NCBI RefSeq assembly: GCF_009914755.1
Contig: NC_060935.1
Source of the DNA: the human T2T-CHM13v2.0 reference genome, Homo sapiens
Reading direction: 5' to 3' (one strand)
DNA length: 64,000 nt
In this document: positions 13,941 through 28,829 of the stretch, piece by piece
Numbering within the stretch: the stretch's first letter is position 1
How the letters are laid out: each line of letters begins with the position of its first letter
The notes under the pieces: generated by a model
Databases searched by the model: none
Told to the model about the DNA's origin: nothing
Seen by the model: only the letters and a program-made list of their open reading frames with translations
Position numbers and translations under genes: made by a program

Positions 13941-14400
13941 TGTTGGGAGGAAAACTTTCCCCTAACCCTCTTAGGTTTGAATGGTCTAGGCCTTTGGATT
14001 AACTAAGAATAGATTAACAGAACAAAAGTTTTTGTGCCTACAGAAGTACTCAGTAATGAGTAACTTGTTTAGTAGCCAGAGATAAAGGTTTGTATTCCAA
14101 TTTAGCAAAAATGGAGGGGAGGTTTAGGGCATCAATAGGAAAGTATGAAAGGCTCTATTTGGCTTTTTGATGCTAATAGGCAGCTAAATTCATACTTCCT
14201 GGTGCTGAGTGTCAGTATTTTCTGAAACAGGAAACTCCCTGGGTGAAGGGGTGTGGGTAGTGTCAAAGGCAGGTGTATTTTTGGGAGTACCTGCATAAGT
14301 GTAGATAATGTTTTATTTTTATTTTTTGGTGATTGTAGATTAAGATGTTCTCAGTTTAAAATAATTTTTATACCACTTTGGTGAGCTGTTAATCTACCCA
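13941..14400 (-). mobile_element. Probable further degraded ERV LTR
   Basis: TGTTGGGAGGAAAACTTTCCCCT end resembles the neighbouring LTR ends; family uncertain. Confidence 0.4.
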
Positions 14401-15063
14401 GTATCTAATTTAGCAATCTTATTTTAGCATCTTTTCTTTTACTAATTCGATACACCAGTCTTGCATATACTTCTTTAAACAGCCTTTACCATCCTAATGG
14501 TTCCCTCATTAAGTTTAAATATTTGAAATGTGCTCACTATGTATTCTCATAAATATATTTTTGAACATTAAAAAGTTTACACTTTGGCAATTTTCTATAC
14601 TTTTTCATTCCTAGTACACAGTAGTTCTCTTACATATGCATGTATTAGCCTTTTGTTAGTTTATAATATCATCATTATGGGAAAAGTATTCTGAGTTCTG
14701 AAGAGCCAATGAAGAAAGTTTTGAAACACACCCGATTTTAACTTGGGGACTGTCTGTACTATATTTTTTAATAGTCTGTGGTTTCGTGTTCTCTGGTACT
14801 TAAATTCCTAAGCTTTACTGCCTTGAAGTTCTTGGCACACCATAGGCAGATTAGCCACGTGGTCATGTTTTGGAGTTTGGGTTGTGTTAGAAGTTTGGGT
14901 TCTGTTAGAAGAATAATTAAATCTTAGGCAGAAATTGGCTGACTTCCTAATAGGCAAGGTTAAGTCTCATGATGCTAGGCTACTAGGCAGGGTTTCTTGG
15001 CATGACAGCTATTACATTGAAGTACTTGACAGTTTTCGTTGTAAAGAACATTCTTATTTATAA

Positions 15064-15401
15064 AGTAGCTCCCTCATATTTGTGGTTTCACTTTCTGCAG
15101 TTTCAGTTACGGTCAACCGCAGTAGGTTATTTTTATGAACATAAGATATTTTGAAAGAGAGAGACAGAGAGAAAGAGACCACATTCAAATAACTTTTATT
15201 ACAGTAAATTGCTATAATTGTTCTATTTTAATATTAATTATTGTTAATCACTTACTGTGTCTAATTTATAAATTAAACTTTATCCTAGGTATGTATATAT
15301 TGGAAAAAAATAGTATATATAGGATTTGGTACTATCCCCCCACTGCAAGCACCTACTGGGAGTCTTGAAATGCAACCCTTGTGAATAAAGGGGGACTGCT
15401 G
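15064..15401 (+). mobile_element. MER44A-like TcMar-Tigger DNA transposon
   Basis: Degenerate TIRs (agtagctcccct / gggggactgctg) and internal match to the recalled MER44A consensus. Confidence 0.85.
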
Positions 15402-15944
15402 CACCTCACTAAATTCTCACCTGGTAAATTTAACCTAGTGTTCTTTTATTCCCTCCTCAGTGGAATTTTGACACTTGGTTGTGATATTTTATGAAGAAGC
15501 CCTATTCAAATAATTTTTGGTGCAGTTATGAAATGGATCGCCAATTTTATTTTTTCCTCCTTCCTTCTTTTCCTTCTCTGTGGTATTTTAAAATATTTCA
15601 CAAAACTAGTGTATAGAATATTAACACACTTTACAGATGATAACTTTTAGTCACAGCATCCTCAGTTTGGAAACCTGCTGAATAATATTGTTCATATGAT
15701 GACAAGTTTGAAATGAAGGCACATTATTTTGAATGGCTGTGTCCTATGGCCCAGGGTTACCGAAAATGTGGTCCATGGGCCAAGGCCTGCCTGCAAACTG
15801 TTTACTACCTGTCTGTAATGAGATTTCTACAGAACTTGAAAGCATTTGTAAACTTTTGTAAGCAATTTCTCAGAGTAATTTTATGTCTGTTGAATAAACT
15901 TACAATGTTTTCCTAAGAGAAGGATGTGGTTTGTCACTTGCTGT

Positions 15945-16128
15945 TTCTTCTCCTCCTTCTTACTTTCTTCCACTCCTCTTTCTCTTTCTCCTGTTACTGT
16001 TACTGCCCCTGCTGCTCATCTTCTCTTTCCTGACTTTATTCTTTGTCTTCTTATTCTTCTTTTTGCCTTCCTTTCCCCCTCTTCCTGCTCCTTGTGATTC
16101 TTCTCCCTTGTCCTCCTCCTCCTCCTCT
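15945..16128. repeat. CT-rich low-complexity tract
   Basis: Read directly from the sequence. Confidence 0.85.
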
Positions 16129-16588
16129 AGATATGAAAGTCCACTATATTCACACAAGGTATGTAAGTAATTGTTCCTTTCAGTTACCTTGAGGAGAACT
16201 AATTAATTTAAAATATTATTTTAAACACCACCTTTATCTTATAGCTCCAGTGAAAAACTGCATTTTGTAACCTACATTTTTTTTATGGAATAAATTCCAG
16301 TTTTTCAGCTTGATTTTCAGGATCTTTCCAATGTAAGCCCAATATAAGAGTCCTAACTCTTCATAATTCCCTTAAAAATTATGATGATTTCCCCTTTATT
16401 GTGTATTTATACCATTTATCTTCTAAGAATGGATTCTCCGCTGATTTATAATTTGATTCACCCATCTAATGAGTATTTAGCATCAATTAAATGCTGGGCA
16501 ATAAGTTCCTGCCACTCAGGAGTTTAACATCCAGAACGTAGTCAAATACTTACCTCTTCTTTGGGGGCACCTCCATGAGGTGTAATTA

Positions 16589-16891
<303 letters not shown>

Positions 16892-18592
16892 CTAAGAGTT
16901 GTCAGAAGAGTTGAGAGTCACAGGGATTGGGGACTGGGATATAAATCTTAGCTGGTCACGACCCCTAACTCCTTGGGTCTCCTTTGTGTACTCATCTGTA
17001 AAGTGGGTATGATGCTGATCTTTCCTTCATAAAGGATTTTTTAAAAAAGATTATATTAAATAATAAGATGAAAGAAGCTGGCACAATGTAGAATTTATTC
17101 AATGCTATTTTCTTCTTGTCGCCTATGAAAAAATTTTACTTTCTATTTACTTTAATTCTGACACCAAAGGCTATCCTTTTCCTGTTCTACACCATGCACA
17201 TTCTAAACTAGTTCCATTTCCTGGTACTATCTTCCTGTTCCAACTCCCCTTTTTATTTATGCAATGCCCACTCTTCCTTTTCCATCTGCCCAAATTGTGT
17301 ACTTCCTTCAGGATGAAATTCAAAACCTCACTCCTCCAAAATCACTCATGGGCCCCTTGACTTTTCTGGAATTCTCTTATAGAACTACTTCAGCTCTTGG
17401 CTATGTTATCTCTGGTGTTGACCATTTTATTAATTTCATCTTGCCTTCCCAATGAAAATGAATGTTCTTTGATGGTAAGGAATTTGTCTTTTTTCCCTTT
17501 CTTTCTTTGCATTCTTTTTTTTTTTTTTAAATAACAACCTCCTGTCCAATTATATGGTATTTGTATTTTTCTGTTCCCTAGAGTGTAGAGCATATGAAAG
17601 ATAGTTAAAAATACAGCAGAAACTTGACACTGGTGAGGGATATGGGTAAGCCATGCTATAATGTGGATGCCCACGGGCCAGAGGGATTTACTGCTCATGT
17701 ACTTCTCCCATCTATACCATCCTCATGATGCAAGTGCACCAAATTTGCGCTTTAGCAAAATGGCAAACTCATGTCCTTGGACATCTTGTGCTTGCAAAAA
17801 GCTGAAACCTCAACTGTCAAAACCTCAAATGCCAAGAGTTTCTTATGTTTTTGATAAAACTGTGGTTGTACCCAAAAGTACTTGATGAAAATTTTTTATT
17901 TAGCCCATTATTTTGGCATTGTACTGCCTCAGTACTCATCTCCGATTACCTATCAGGTGTGGGTTTGAAGGGTGGTTCCAGGGTGAATACAGACAGAGGA
18001 ATATCTTCTAGTTCTTGCCTGGAGGCTCTGGACCCACCCGCACTTTCCCAGACCTGAAGGAACAGCAACTACCAGATGCCAAGCACTGCCTTTAGGTGCT
18101 CAGATGAACTTCTGAGCCATATCACCTGTCCTCAAAAGCCCTGACCCAAGCAGTGTCCCTTCTCTCAGATGTCCCCTCTCTCAGTAGGTTCACCCAGTAA
18201 CCAGTTTTATGAAGAATAGTGTTTTTCAAAATGGGAAGAGAAAGCAGTGCTTTGACTTAGAGGACTCTCTTCTGTTCAATTTTAACTTTCAATGTATAGT
18301 TTTTAATTGTAGAAGTTACTTCAAAAGGAAATTAAAGAATTGAAACCTCAAGTCCCAGCATATTAGGAACTAATATTAGAGCTTACTTTCAAATAATGGC
18401 TAACTCTAGTGGAATGCTTACAAGGTACCTGTGTTGGTTTTTCATCGCCCTGACACATACATGAAAGTAAGTCTCTTCCAGAGAGTATCTGATTCTATGA
18501 CTTTCTCTGATGACTCACCTATGACTTTCTCTGATGACTAGGCTATTTTATAGCTCCCTAGAAATAGAAACTAAGTTGTAGAAAACTGATAA

Positions 18593-18954
<362 letters not shown>

Positions 18955-19581
18955 GCAATTGATTCTTGTTCACAGAAATGCAAAGGCATATTGCATTTAG
19001 AGATAAAACTTTATTATGTTTTATAAAACATTATAGAGATAAAACTTGAAAATGTTTACTGACCTATGGGATATCAATCAGTTTTGCATTTATTAGCAAA
19101 ACCATTTTAGCATTCCTAGTTGCATGTATACATTCTCCAAATTCTCCTCATTCTCCAAATTCTGTTTCCTCATTAATTAATTAAATCAACAAATTATTTG
19201 ACACAGGTTCATTTTACATGTGTTTGAGAGTCATGATTTTACTTTGTAAAAAATTATAGTTGAGCAATTTTGAAGGTTCCACTGAAAAGCCCAAGTGGGC
19301 TTTCCTGACAAAGTAAACTTCTGATGGGGTTCAGGACACATTACTCCAAAATATAGCACCTTGGCATATTAAATATTTTAAGCTGAAGACATTTGAAAAG
19401 CAGGAAGTTCACTCCACTTTCCTCCCAGTCTTTCTCTCCTGAAGCAGACCATGAAACCTAGGAAGGATTTTCTGATCTTTCCCTGAAGAAAGAGGCCGGG
19501 TGCCCTCCCAATACCTGGAGGAAAGGAATGTCCTTATCTTTGAAGATAAAATGACACTGAGAATAATCTGTACAAACAAGA

Positions 19582-20798
<1,217 letters not shown>

Positions 20799-21977
20799 AA
20801 GATTTGCTGTTTTCCCCATTTTATTACTATTAGATCATACATTTTGTCCAAATATATTTCTCCATGACAGTTCACTTGTCATCAAACTTAGTATAAAAAT
20901 ATGCAGATTCTACCATTTTTTTTCTGGTCTTCATTTTTTTAATGAAAGCTTCTGTGTCATGTGAAACTTATATTAAATAAATTGTATATTTTTGTCTTGA
21001 GAATCTGTCTTTTGTTAAGAGGTCTCAACTGTGAACCTAGGATGGTTACAGAAAAGAAGGTTTTCTCACCTTACACTGTGTTGCTGGAGAAGTTTACCAA
21101 TGGTTGCTTAACGTCGGCACATCTTTTCTTGATTGCCAGAGTAAATTCCAAGTAATAGTAGAACTTTGGCTTTGCTAACTCACTCTCTGTTTATCTAGTT
21201 TTATCCCTCTCTCTCTAGTAATTTTGTGTTTAGTTCTTGTTTCTGGTTTGCCTATAGTCAACAACTTATTCTCAATTGGTTGTTGCAATGATTGGGAATT
21301 TGGTTTTTATGATGTAACCATTTGGTGATCGCCGTACATGATGGAGAAGATTTTTTTGTTGGGTAAAAAACAACAGAGAATCTGGTAAGTTTTTGTTTGT
21401 TTTTCTGTATGTTCATCTATTTGTGAACTCAAATCAATTCAGAACGTTGTGCCCACTGGGAAGAAGACTAGATTTTTTATATCGAGCCTAGTTAGTGTTT
21501 GTATTTCTGTGTTTATTCTTGACTCATGGCACAATTGAAAGACTGAAGCCACAAGCTCTCTACATATCAATGTGTCTATATGTATTAGTATTTGTCATTG
21601 GGAAAGATACTGCCCTTTAATTGTAAGAGTTGGAAAAGTTTTTCAGCTTTCAGAAAGTATTAATACTAGAAAGTATTTATAAATTAGATTATAATGTCTT
21701 TTAAAGAAGCTCTCATCTTATTTTTATAGAGATAAGTAAGCCCTTATATAATTCAAATATTTCCCCAATTCACAGAAAATAAGAAAATTGAATTTTTAAT
21801 ATGTTAAATGTACTTGATTTTTTAAAAAATTCTTTTTACAAAGACTGTTAGCTCAAAAAAATGATAAGACTTTAAGTTTACATAGTAACGTGAAATCTTT
21901 GGCAGATCTGACTGATTTAGTAATTTTTTTAAATAGCTGAAGCTTTTATTTGATTTATCAATATTGGGTAAAATATA

Positions 21978-24214
21978 TGCTTTAGTCCATTTTCACACTG
22001 CTATAAAGAAATACCTGAGACTGGGTAATTCATGAGGAAAGAGGTTTAATTGACTCACAGTTCCTCATGGTTGGGGAGGCCTCAGGAAACTTACAATCAT
22101 GGCAGAAGATCAAGGGGATTCAGGCAACTCTTCACAAGACGGCAGGAAAAAATGAGAAAGAGCAAAAGAAGGAGGAAGTGCCAAACACTTATAAAACCAT
22201 CAGATCTCCTGATAACTCACTCATTATCATGAGAACAGCATGGAGGAAGTCACCCCCATGATTCAATCACCTCCCACCAGGCTCCTCCCACCTGGGGAAC
22301 ATAATTCAAGATGAGATTTGGGTGGGGACACAAGGCTTAACCATATCATTCTGCCCCTGGACCCTCCCAAATCTCATGTCTTTTCACATTTCAAAACTAA
22401 TCATGCCTTCCTGACAGTCCCCCAAAGTCTTAATTCATTCCAGCATTAACTCAAAAGTCCAAGTCTAAAGTCTCATCTGAGACAAGGCAAGTCCTTTCTA
22501 TCTATGAGCCTGTAAAGTCAAAAGCAAGTTATTTACTTCCAAGATACAGTATCAGATAGCATGCTCCCATTCCAAATGGGAGAAATTAGCCAAAACAAAG
22601 GGGCTACAGGCCACATGCAAGTCCAAAATCCAGCAGGGTAACCATTAAATCTTAAAGCTCCAAAGTGATCTCCTTTGACTCTGTGTCTCATATCCAGGGC
22701 ATTCTGATGCAAAGGCTGGGCTCCCAAGGCCTTGGATAGCTCTACCCCTGTGGCTTTGCAGGGAACAGCCTCTGAAGCTGCTTTCACGGGCTGGCATTGA
22801 GTGCCTGCAGCTTTTCCAGGTGCACAGTGTGAGCTGTTGGATCTGCCTTTCTGGGGTCTGGAGAACAGTGGCCCTATTCTCACAGCTCCACTAGGCAGTA
22901 CCCCAGTGAGGACTCTGTGTTGGGGCTCCAACCTCACATTTTCCTCCCACATTGCCCTGACAAAGGTTCTTCATGAGGCCTCCACCCCTGCAGCAAAATT
23001 CTTCCTGGACAACCAGACATTTCCATACATCTTCTGAAATCTAGTCGAAGGTTCCCAAACCTCAATTCTTGACTTCTGTGCACCTGCAGGCCCAAAACCA
23101 CATGGAAGCCACCAAGGCTTGGAGCTTGCACCCTCTGAAACAACAACCTGAACTGTACCTTGGCCCCTCCATCCACAGCTGGAGCTGAAGTAGCTGGGAT
23201 GCAGGGCGCCAAGTTCTGAGGCTTCACAGAGCAGCAGTGGGGACCCTGGGCCTGGCTTATGAAACCATTTTCCCCTCCTAGGCCTCCAGGCCTGTGATGG
23301 AAGGGGCTGCTGTGATGATCTCTGACATGCCCTGGAGACATTTTCCCCATTATCTTGACTGTTAATATTCAGCTCCTTGTTACTTATGCAAATTTCTGCA
23401 GCAAGCTTGAATGGGTTTTTCTTTTCTACTGCATGATCAGGCTGCAAATTTTCCAAACTTTTATCCTCTGCTACCCTTTCAAATGTAAGTTCTAGTTTCA
23501 GATAATCTCTCTCAAGTTCAAAGTTCACTGATCTCTAGGGCAGGGACAAAATGCTACCAGTCTTTTTGCTAAAGCATTGCAAGAGTAACCTTTACACCAG
23601 TTCCGGATAAGTTCCTCATCTCCATCTGAGACCATCTCAGCCTGGACTTCATTGTCCATATCACTATGAGCATTTTGGTCAAAACCATTCAACAAGTCTC
23701 TAGGAAGTTCCAAACTTTCCCACATCTCCCTTTCTTCTTCTGAGCCCTCCAAACTGTTCCATCCTCTGCTTGTTATCCAGTTCCAAAGTCACTTGCAAAT
23801 TTTTGGGTATCTTTGTAGCAGTACCCCACTCTACCAGTAACAATTTGCTGTATTAGTCCTTTTTTACACTGCTATAAAGAAATACCAGAGACTGGGTAAC
23901 TTATAAAGGAAAGAAGTTTAATTGACTCACATTTCCTCATGGCTGGGGAGGTCTCAGGAAACCTACAATTATGGCAGAAGGTGAAGGGGAAGCAGACACC
24001 TCTTTGCAAGGTGGCAGGAAAAAGAGAGAAAAAGCAATAGAAGGAGGAACTGCCAAACACTTATAAAACCATCGGATCTCGTGGGAACTCACTCACTATC
24101 ATGAGAACAGCATGGAGGTAACCACCCCCAAGATTCAGTCACCTCCCAGCAGGTACCTCCCTCAACACCTGGGGATTACCTTTTGAGATGAGATTTGGAT
24201 GGGAACACAGAGCC
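21978..24214 (-). mobile_element. Two-LTR MaLR element (THE1D/THE1C-like): LTR 21978-22348, internal 22349-23848, LTR 23849-~24214
   Basis: Two direct ~365-bp LTRs (CTGCTATAAAGAAATACC.GAGACTGGGTAA) flanking a 1.5-kb THE1-int sequence with broken ORF remnants. Confidence 0.92.
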
Positions 24215-25809
24215 ACCCAGAAAAGAAAATGGATTTTCTTTCTCATTAAGAAGCTATTTTATATCTTCTTAGTGAGGGCTTTCCTGGCTGATCTACTTAA
24301 AATTACAAGCTACCTCCCCAGCTCATGATTCTCAAATGTCTGGGCACTGCCCTACAGTTATTATGTTTTCTATAGGCCTTATTTTCTAACATGCTGTATA
24401 ATTTGATGACTTATTATGTCTACTGCTTATTGCCTGTCTTCTCCTTGTACATTGGAAGTTGTACAAAGGCAAGGGATTTTGTTTTGTTTCCTGATGTAAC
24501 CCAAGGGTCAAATAGGGATTCAATGAATATTTTTGAATAAATTAATGTGAAATTGATGTTGGATGTCAGCAGAGATGGGATGTCCATAACAAGGTGTGTA
24601 GTCAGCCTCACCAGCTCCTGAGAGATCCCTTCCTTCACTCCTCCCCAGGCTAGAGACTGGGTAACTTATAAAGGAAAGAAGTTTAATTGACTCACTGTTC
24701 CTCATGGCTGGGGAGGCCATTATAGACATAGTAGCAGCCCCCAGAAATACTCAAAGCCTAAGACTGAATTTCTGAGGGGTCCCTGAGAGGAGGATTCACT
24801 GATAAGAGTGAATGAGAATGACAGGGGTTGAGTCCAGACCTCATTACCAAGAATGCTGCCCAGAGGTGCTTCAATCCCATCCCAGCCTCTGCGCTCATCA
24901 AGCAGAGAACAAAAAGATACAGGCCTTCACACTTCTCCTAGCTGGGGACACTGATGATTCCATGAAAATGTGAGCTCACAGGGGAAATAAGTGAGACATC
25001 CGAGGAGAACAAGATGTGCAAAAGAAAATTCACTTACTGAAAACGTATATCTGAACACACAGCATTTACAAAAATTTGTAATCATATGGTAAGTCAAAAG
25101 ACAAATTTAGGTAAGTCTCAACAAATTTAAAAAAGCTTGTATCATTCAGACCACATTCTCAAACTATAATGCAATTAAATTAGAAGTTAATTAAAAAATT
25201 AATTGAAAAAACTGCCTTATTTGAAAACTTTATTAAGGGAACTTGCTACTCACTTTCTCTATAGGACGTGATGAGATAACAAACAGAACTGTTTTTACTG
25301 TAAGAATAAAACAGATGTTTTTAAATCTCAAAAATTCTTTTATCCTTCTTAGTAAGTTCCTAAGCTACTTATTAAAGTATTAATAAGTTCTTAGGCTACT
25401 TATTACTGTATTAATAAGTAATACTTATTAGCATAGGATCTTGTTAGTTCCGGAAGAACAATCCTTAAGATTTTCAACAACTTTCATTCAGAACAATCTT
25501 GAAGATTTTATATTTTCTTTTCTGATTTCTTCTTTGATTTTGGAAACAAGAAATAGAAAAATGAAGACTAAAAAACAAAAACTTCAAAAAAAGTGTGCAA
25601 CTTTTGTTGAAAACTAAACTATGTTCTTGAGGTGGGAAAGGATGCGCTTACTAACACCGGACAATAATTAAAATCTTGAGATCATTTTTCACCTGCCTTC
25701 TTATATTTTAATGATTTACGTTGTCCTAAATTCCACATAGAATGTGGAGGAAATCAAAAGGAATGTAGATAACAATTTAAGGCTTAAGTCCTAAATTTCT
25801 ATTGGGTCT

Positions 25810-26765
25810 CAAACTCTTCCTTGAACTCAAGCTTTTTATATCTATCTACCTACTTAAGCTTTTTATGTATGGACATTTCCCCTTGGATGTGTAATAGGCA
25901 TCTCAAACTCAATGAATTCAAAATTACACTCTTGACCTCCAGCCCCCGTAAACCTGCTCTTACTTTGGTCTTTCCATTTCACCACTACTCTTTCACTTGT
26001 TTAGGCCAAAAACGTTGGAGTCATTGTGGATCCTTCTCTTTTTATTAAATTCTGCATGCACTTTAGATACAAATACTGTTGGCTTTACCTTGAAAATATT
26101 CCTCAATCTGACAATCTTAGCATTTTCACTGCCACTTCTTTGGTCAGTGCCACCATCATTTTTACCCTGGCAAATGGCACTGTCTAGTGTCCCTGAATCC
26201 ATCATGTGCTTTTATAATCTGTTTGCTACTCAGCAGTCAGATCATGTTATGAACCTGCTGAAAACCCTTCTTATCACAGGGACCCGCAAGGCTTCCATAG
26301 CTTGGTTAGCTGCTTCTCTGATCTGATCTGTTTCTACTTTCCTTCTCCCTCACTGTCTCCAGCCACACTGGCCTTCCTGGTGTGCCTAAAACAGGTGCAG
26401 ATCCTTCCTACCTACCTCAAGGTCTTGCGCTTATTGCTTCTTCTACCTGAAACTTCTAGAGACTTCCACAGCTTCCTCCCTCCCTTTAGTTATTCTGCAT
26501 GAATACCCTGGACCCAGTATGTCCTTTTCCTAAACATATTTTTATAAAATGGCACTCCAACGTTCTTTATTACTTGCACTGCTTTATTTATTTTTTCAAA
26601 GCACTTTCACTATCTTTCATTATAGATCTCTATTCATTTGAATATTGTGTGTCTCTTTAATGGAATGTAAGCTCCTTGAGGGCAGGAGTTTATGCAAGAA
26701 AGCAGCTGAGCATAGGTTGGTGCCAGCACAAAGTAGGCGCTTAGTAATTATTTTCTAGTGAATTG
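25810..26765 (+). mobile_element. L2 LINE 3' fragment
   Basis: CCTTGGATGTGTAATAGGCATCTCAAACTCAA and GAATGTAAGCTCCTTGAGGGCAGG L2 motifs. Confidence 0.75.
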
Positions 26766-27030
26766 AGAGTGAATATTAAGGATAGAGATGGGGGGGTAGC
26801 TAGATCCTTCAAAAAGGCTGAATTGGCTGTTTGTAAAGATGAACTAATTTTAGAAATTAAGCATTTCAAAAGAAACCACTGATAAAATTACTCACAGAAA
26901 TTGCTGATTCATATATGGAAATACATTTAAAATCTGGCAAAGTGACATGCTACAATCATTGAGCAGTCTGCAGTTCAAGTGGAATGGGCTGTAATGGGAC
27001 TTTTGACATCCATTCTCTATAGAGGCAGCT

Positions 27031-27300
27031 GTAAACACATTTAATACCCAACTCAAAAACTCACATTGTTTATCACTGCATTACAGACCTGGGACTTTCC
27101 AAGAATAAACAAATTGCTAACTATTTATACAGACATTCTTTTTTTTATGGACATTCACTGCAAATGATCTGAGATGGACTTAAGCGTTACATTTCTTAAC
27201 TGATGTTTTGCAATTGTTTTCTCATTAACTCCCTCCCATGTTTTCTCTTCTCATCTCTCCTCAAACTCTTGTCAGAACAACATGCTGCATTGTGCAACAA
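27031..27300. promoter_or_regulatory. Candidate inflammatory enhancer (NF-kB/STAT/C/EBP/FOX motif cluster)
   Basis: GGGACTTTCC 27091-27100, TTCCAAGAA 27097-27105, ATTGTGCAAC 27289-27298, GTAAACA 27031-27037, TGTTTAT 27067-27073. Confidence 0.45.
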
Positions 27301-28524
27301 AAGTTTACTTTCATCTCCAAACATGTTAAATGATACATTAGATTAAAGGAAAGAATGTTAAGACTAATGGAGAAGACATTAAAATGAAGAGATGTTGCAT
27401 TAAAAAAAAAAAAGAGTCCTATTTTGGATCCCAAAGCCATTCACTAATTTCCCATTGTAATTTATTTACCAGCAAGCTTCCCAATTCTGCTTCTAGTTCA
27501 ATTCCAAGGGTCTAGGTGTTGGGAGCAAACCTGAAATTATGACATTTTGAGTATAACAGGATACCTTTTAAACTGATCGTGTTGACAAGCCATGTAGGGA
27601 TTGGAATGAGACCAAAGACAGGAGACTTGGCAGATGACAGATGATCAGAAGATGCTGTTTCTACTTTTTACCCAGACCTACTGGGGAGAAATGCCGACGA
27701 TCTTTTGGCTTGGACTCTTCTAAGCTCCATTATGGTAGTCTAAAACACCAACCTATTGGCCAGCAGTATGCATTTCCTCTCAAATGGCACTTCATTGGGT
27801 AATTTTAGCTATGAATATTCACAAAGAACCTTCAATATCATTGTCTGTAGAAGAAAAATAACTAACAGGAATAAAGAAAAACATCTGGATAATATATAAA
27901 TAAAAGCACCCTGAAGACCCTGTGAGCATTTAAAAATATTATACACAGAATTCTGAATGAAAAACTGCATAGTTTTTTTGCCATTTGCTTTGTGAAATGG
28001 ACATCTAAGGTGTTTTGCAATAAACATTTGAAAAGAAACAGAAGACCCAAAGGCAAACTTAGGTCTTTCATTTAGGACTAGGCTAAATGGAAGAGGGCTT
28101 GGTTTATACCAGAGAAAATTTAATATGGAGCTGTTAGGAAAGCTCCCCAAGGAGGTGAATCCATTCATCCTTAGTAGCCTGTGTAGTGCTTTCAAAGGTT
28201 CAGCCCACAAAGAGTCATCACTGAGATTAATAGGATAATGCATAGAATTCATCAGGAAGTGAACTCTGTTTTGCTACCTCGTGATCCTCAAGGGAGTACT
28301 TCAACCACACTTTGTCCAAAACTGTTATTTAATAAGTCATGTTTGCACTCAGTTACTCTGAAGTCAAATGAGTAGTTTATGTTATAAATTATTTCTGCAC
28401 AACGTTCTTGTATCATATGAGGATAAGTGCTCTGTGTTATGACACAATCACACCTTCTTGTGCTTTAGAGAGACTGTATTTTTCCAAAATACATACTAAT
28501 TTTATATCTGAGAGCAAAGAGCTT

Positions 28525-28829
28525 TCTTCTTAAGACAGGGTCTTGCTCTGTCACCCAGGCTGGTGCAGTGGCACAATCTCAGCTCACTGCAACCTCTGAC
28601 CCCTGGGCTCAAGTGGTCCTCCCACCTCAGTGGTCCCACCTCCCACCACTTCCAAGTAGCTGGGACCACAGGCATGCGCCACCATGCCTAGCTAATTTTT
28701 TGTATTTTTAGTAGAGACAGGGTCTCACCATCTTTCCCAGGCTGGTCTCAAACTCCTGAGCTCAAGTGATCCATCCACCTTGGCCTCCCAAAGTGTTAGG
28801 ACTACAGGTGTAAGCCCCTATGCCTGGCC
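28525..28829 (-). mobile_element. AluJb-like
   Basis: AGACAGGGTCTTGCTCTGTC..CTGGGCTCAAG diagnostics. Confidence 0.92.

Noticed and set aside
15931-16170. Leu/Phe-rich 'membrane' ORF and Lys/Arg/Glu-rich reverse ORF
   Set aside because: Artefacts of a CT-rich low-complexity tract.
22533-23752. Overlapping ORFs up to 185 aa
   Set aside because: Broken remnants of the THE1 internal region, not a host gene.
27809-28252. 147-aa minus-strand ORF
   Set aside because: No recognisable domain or supporting gene structure; length is compatible with chance.
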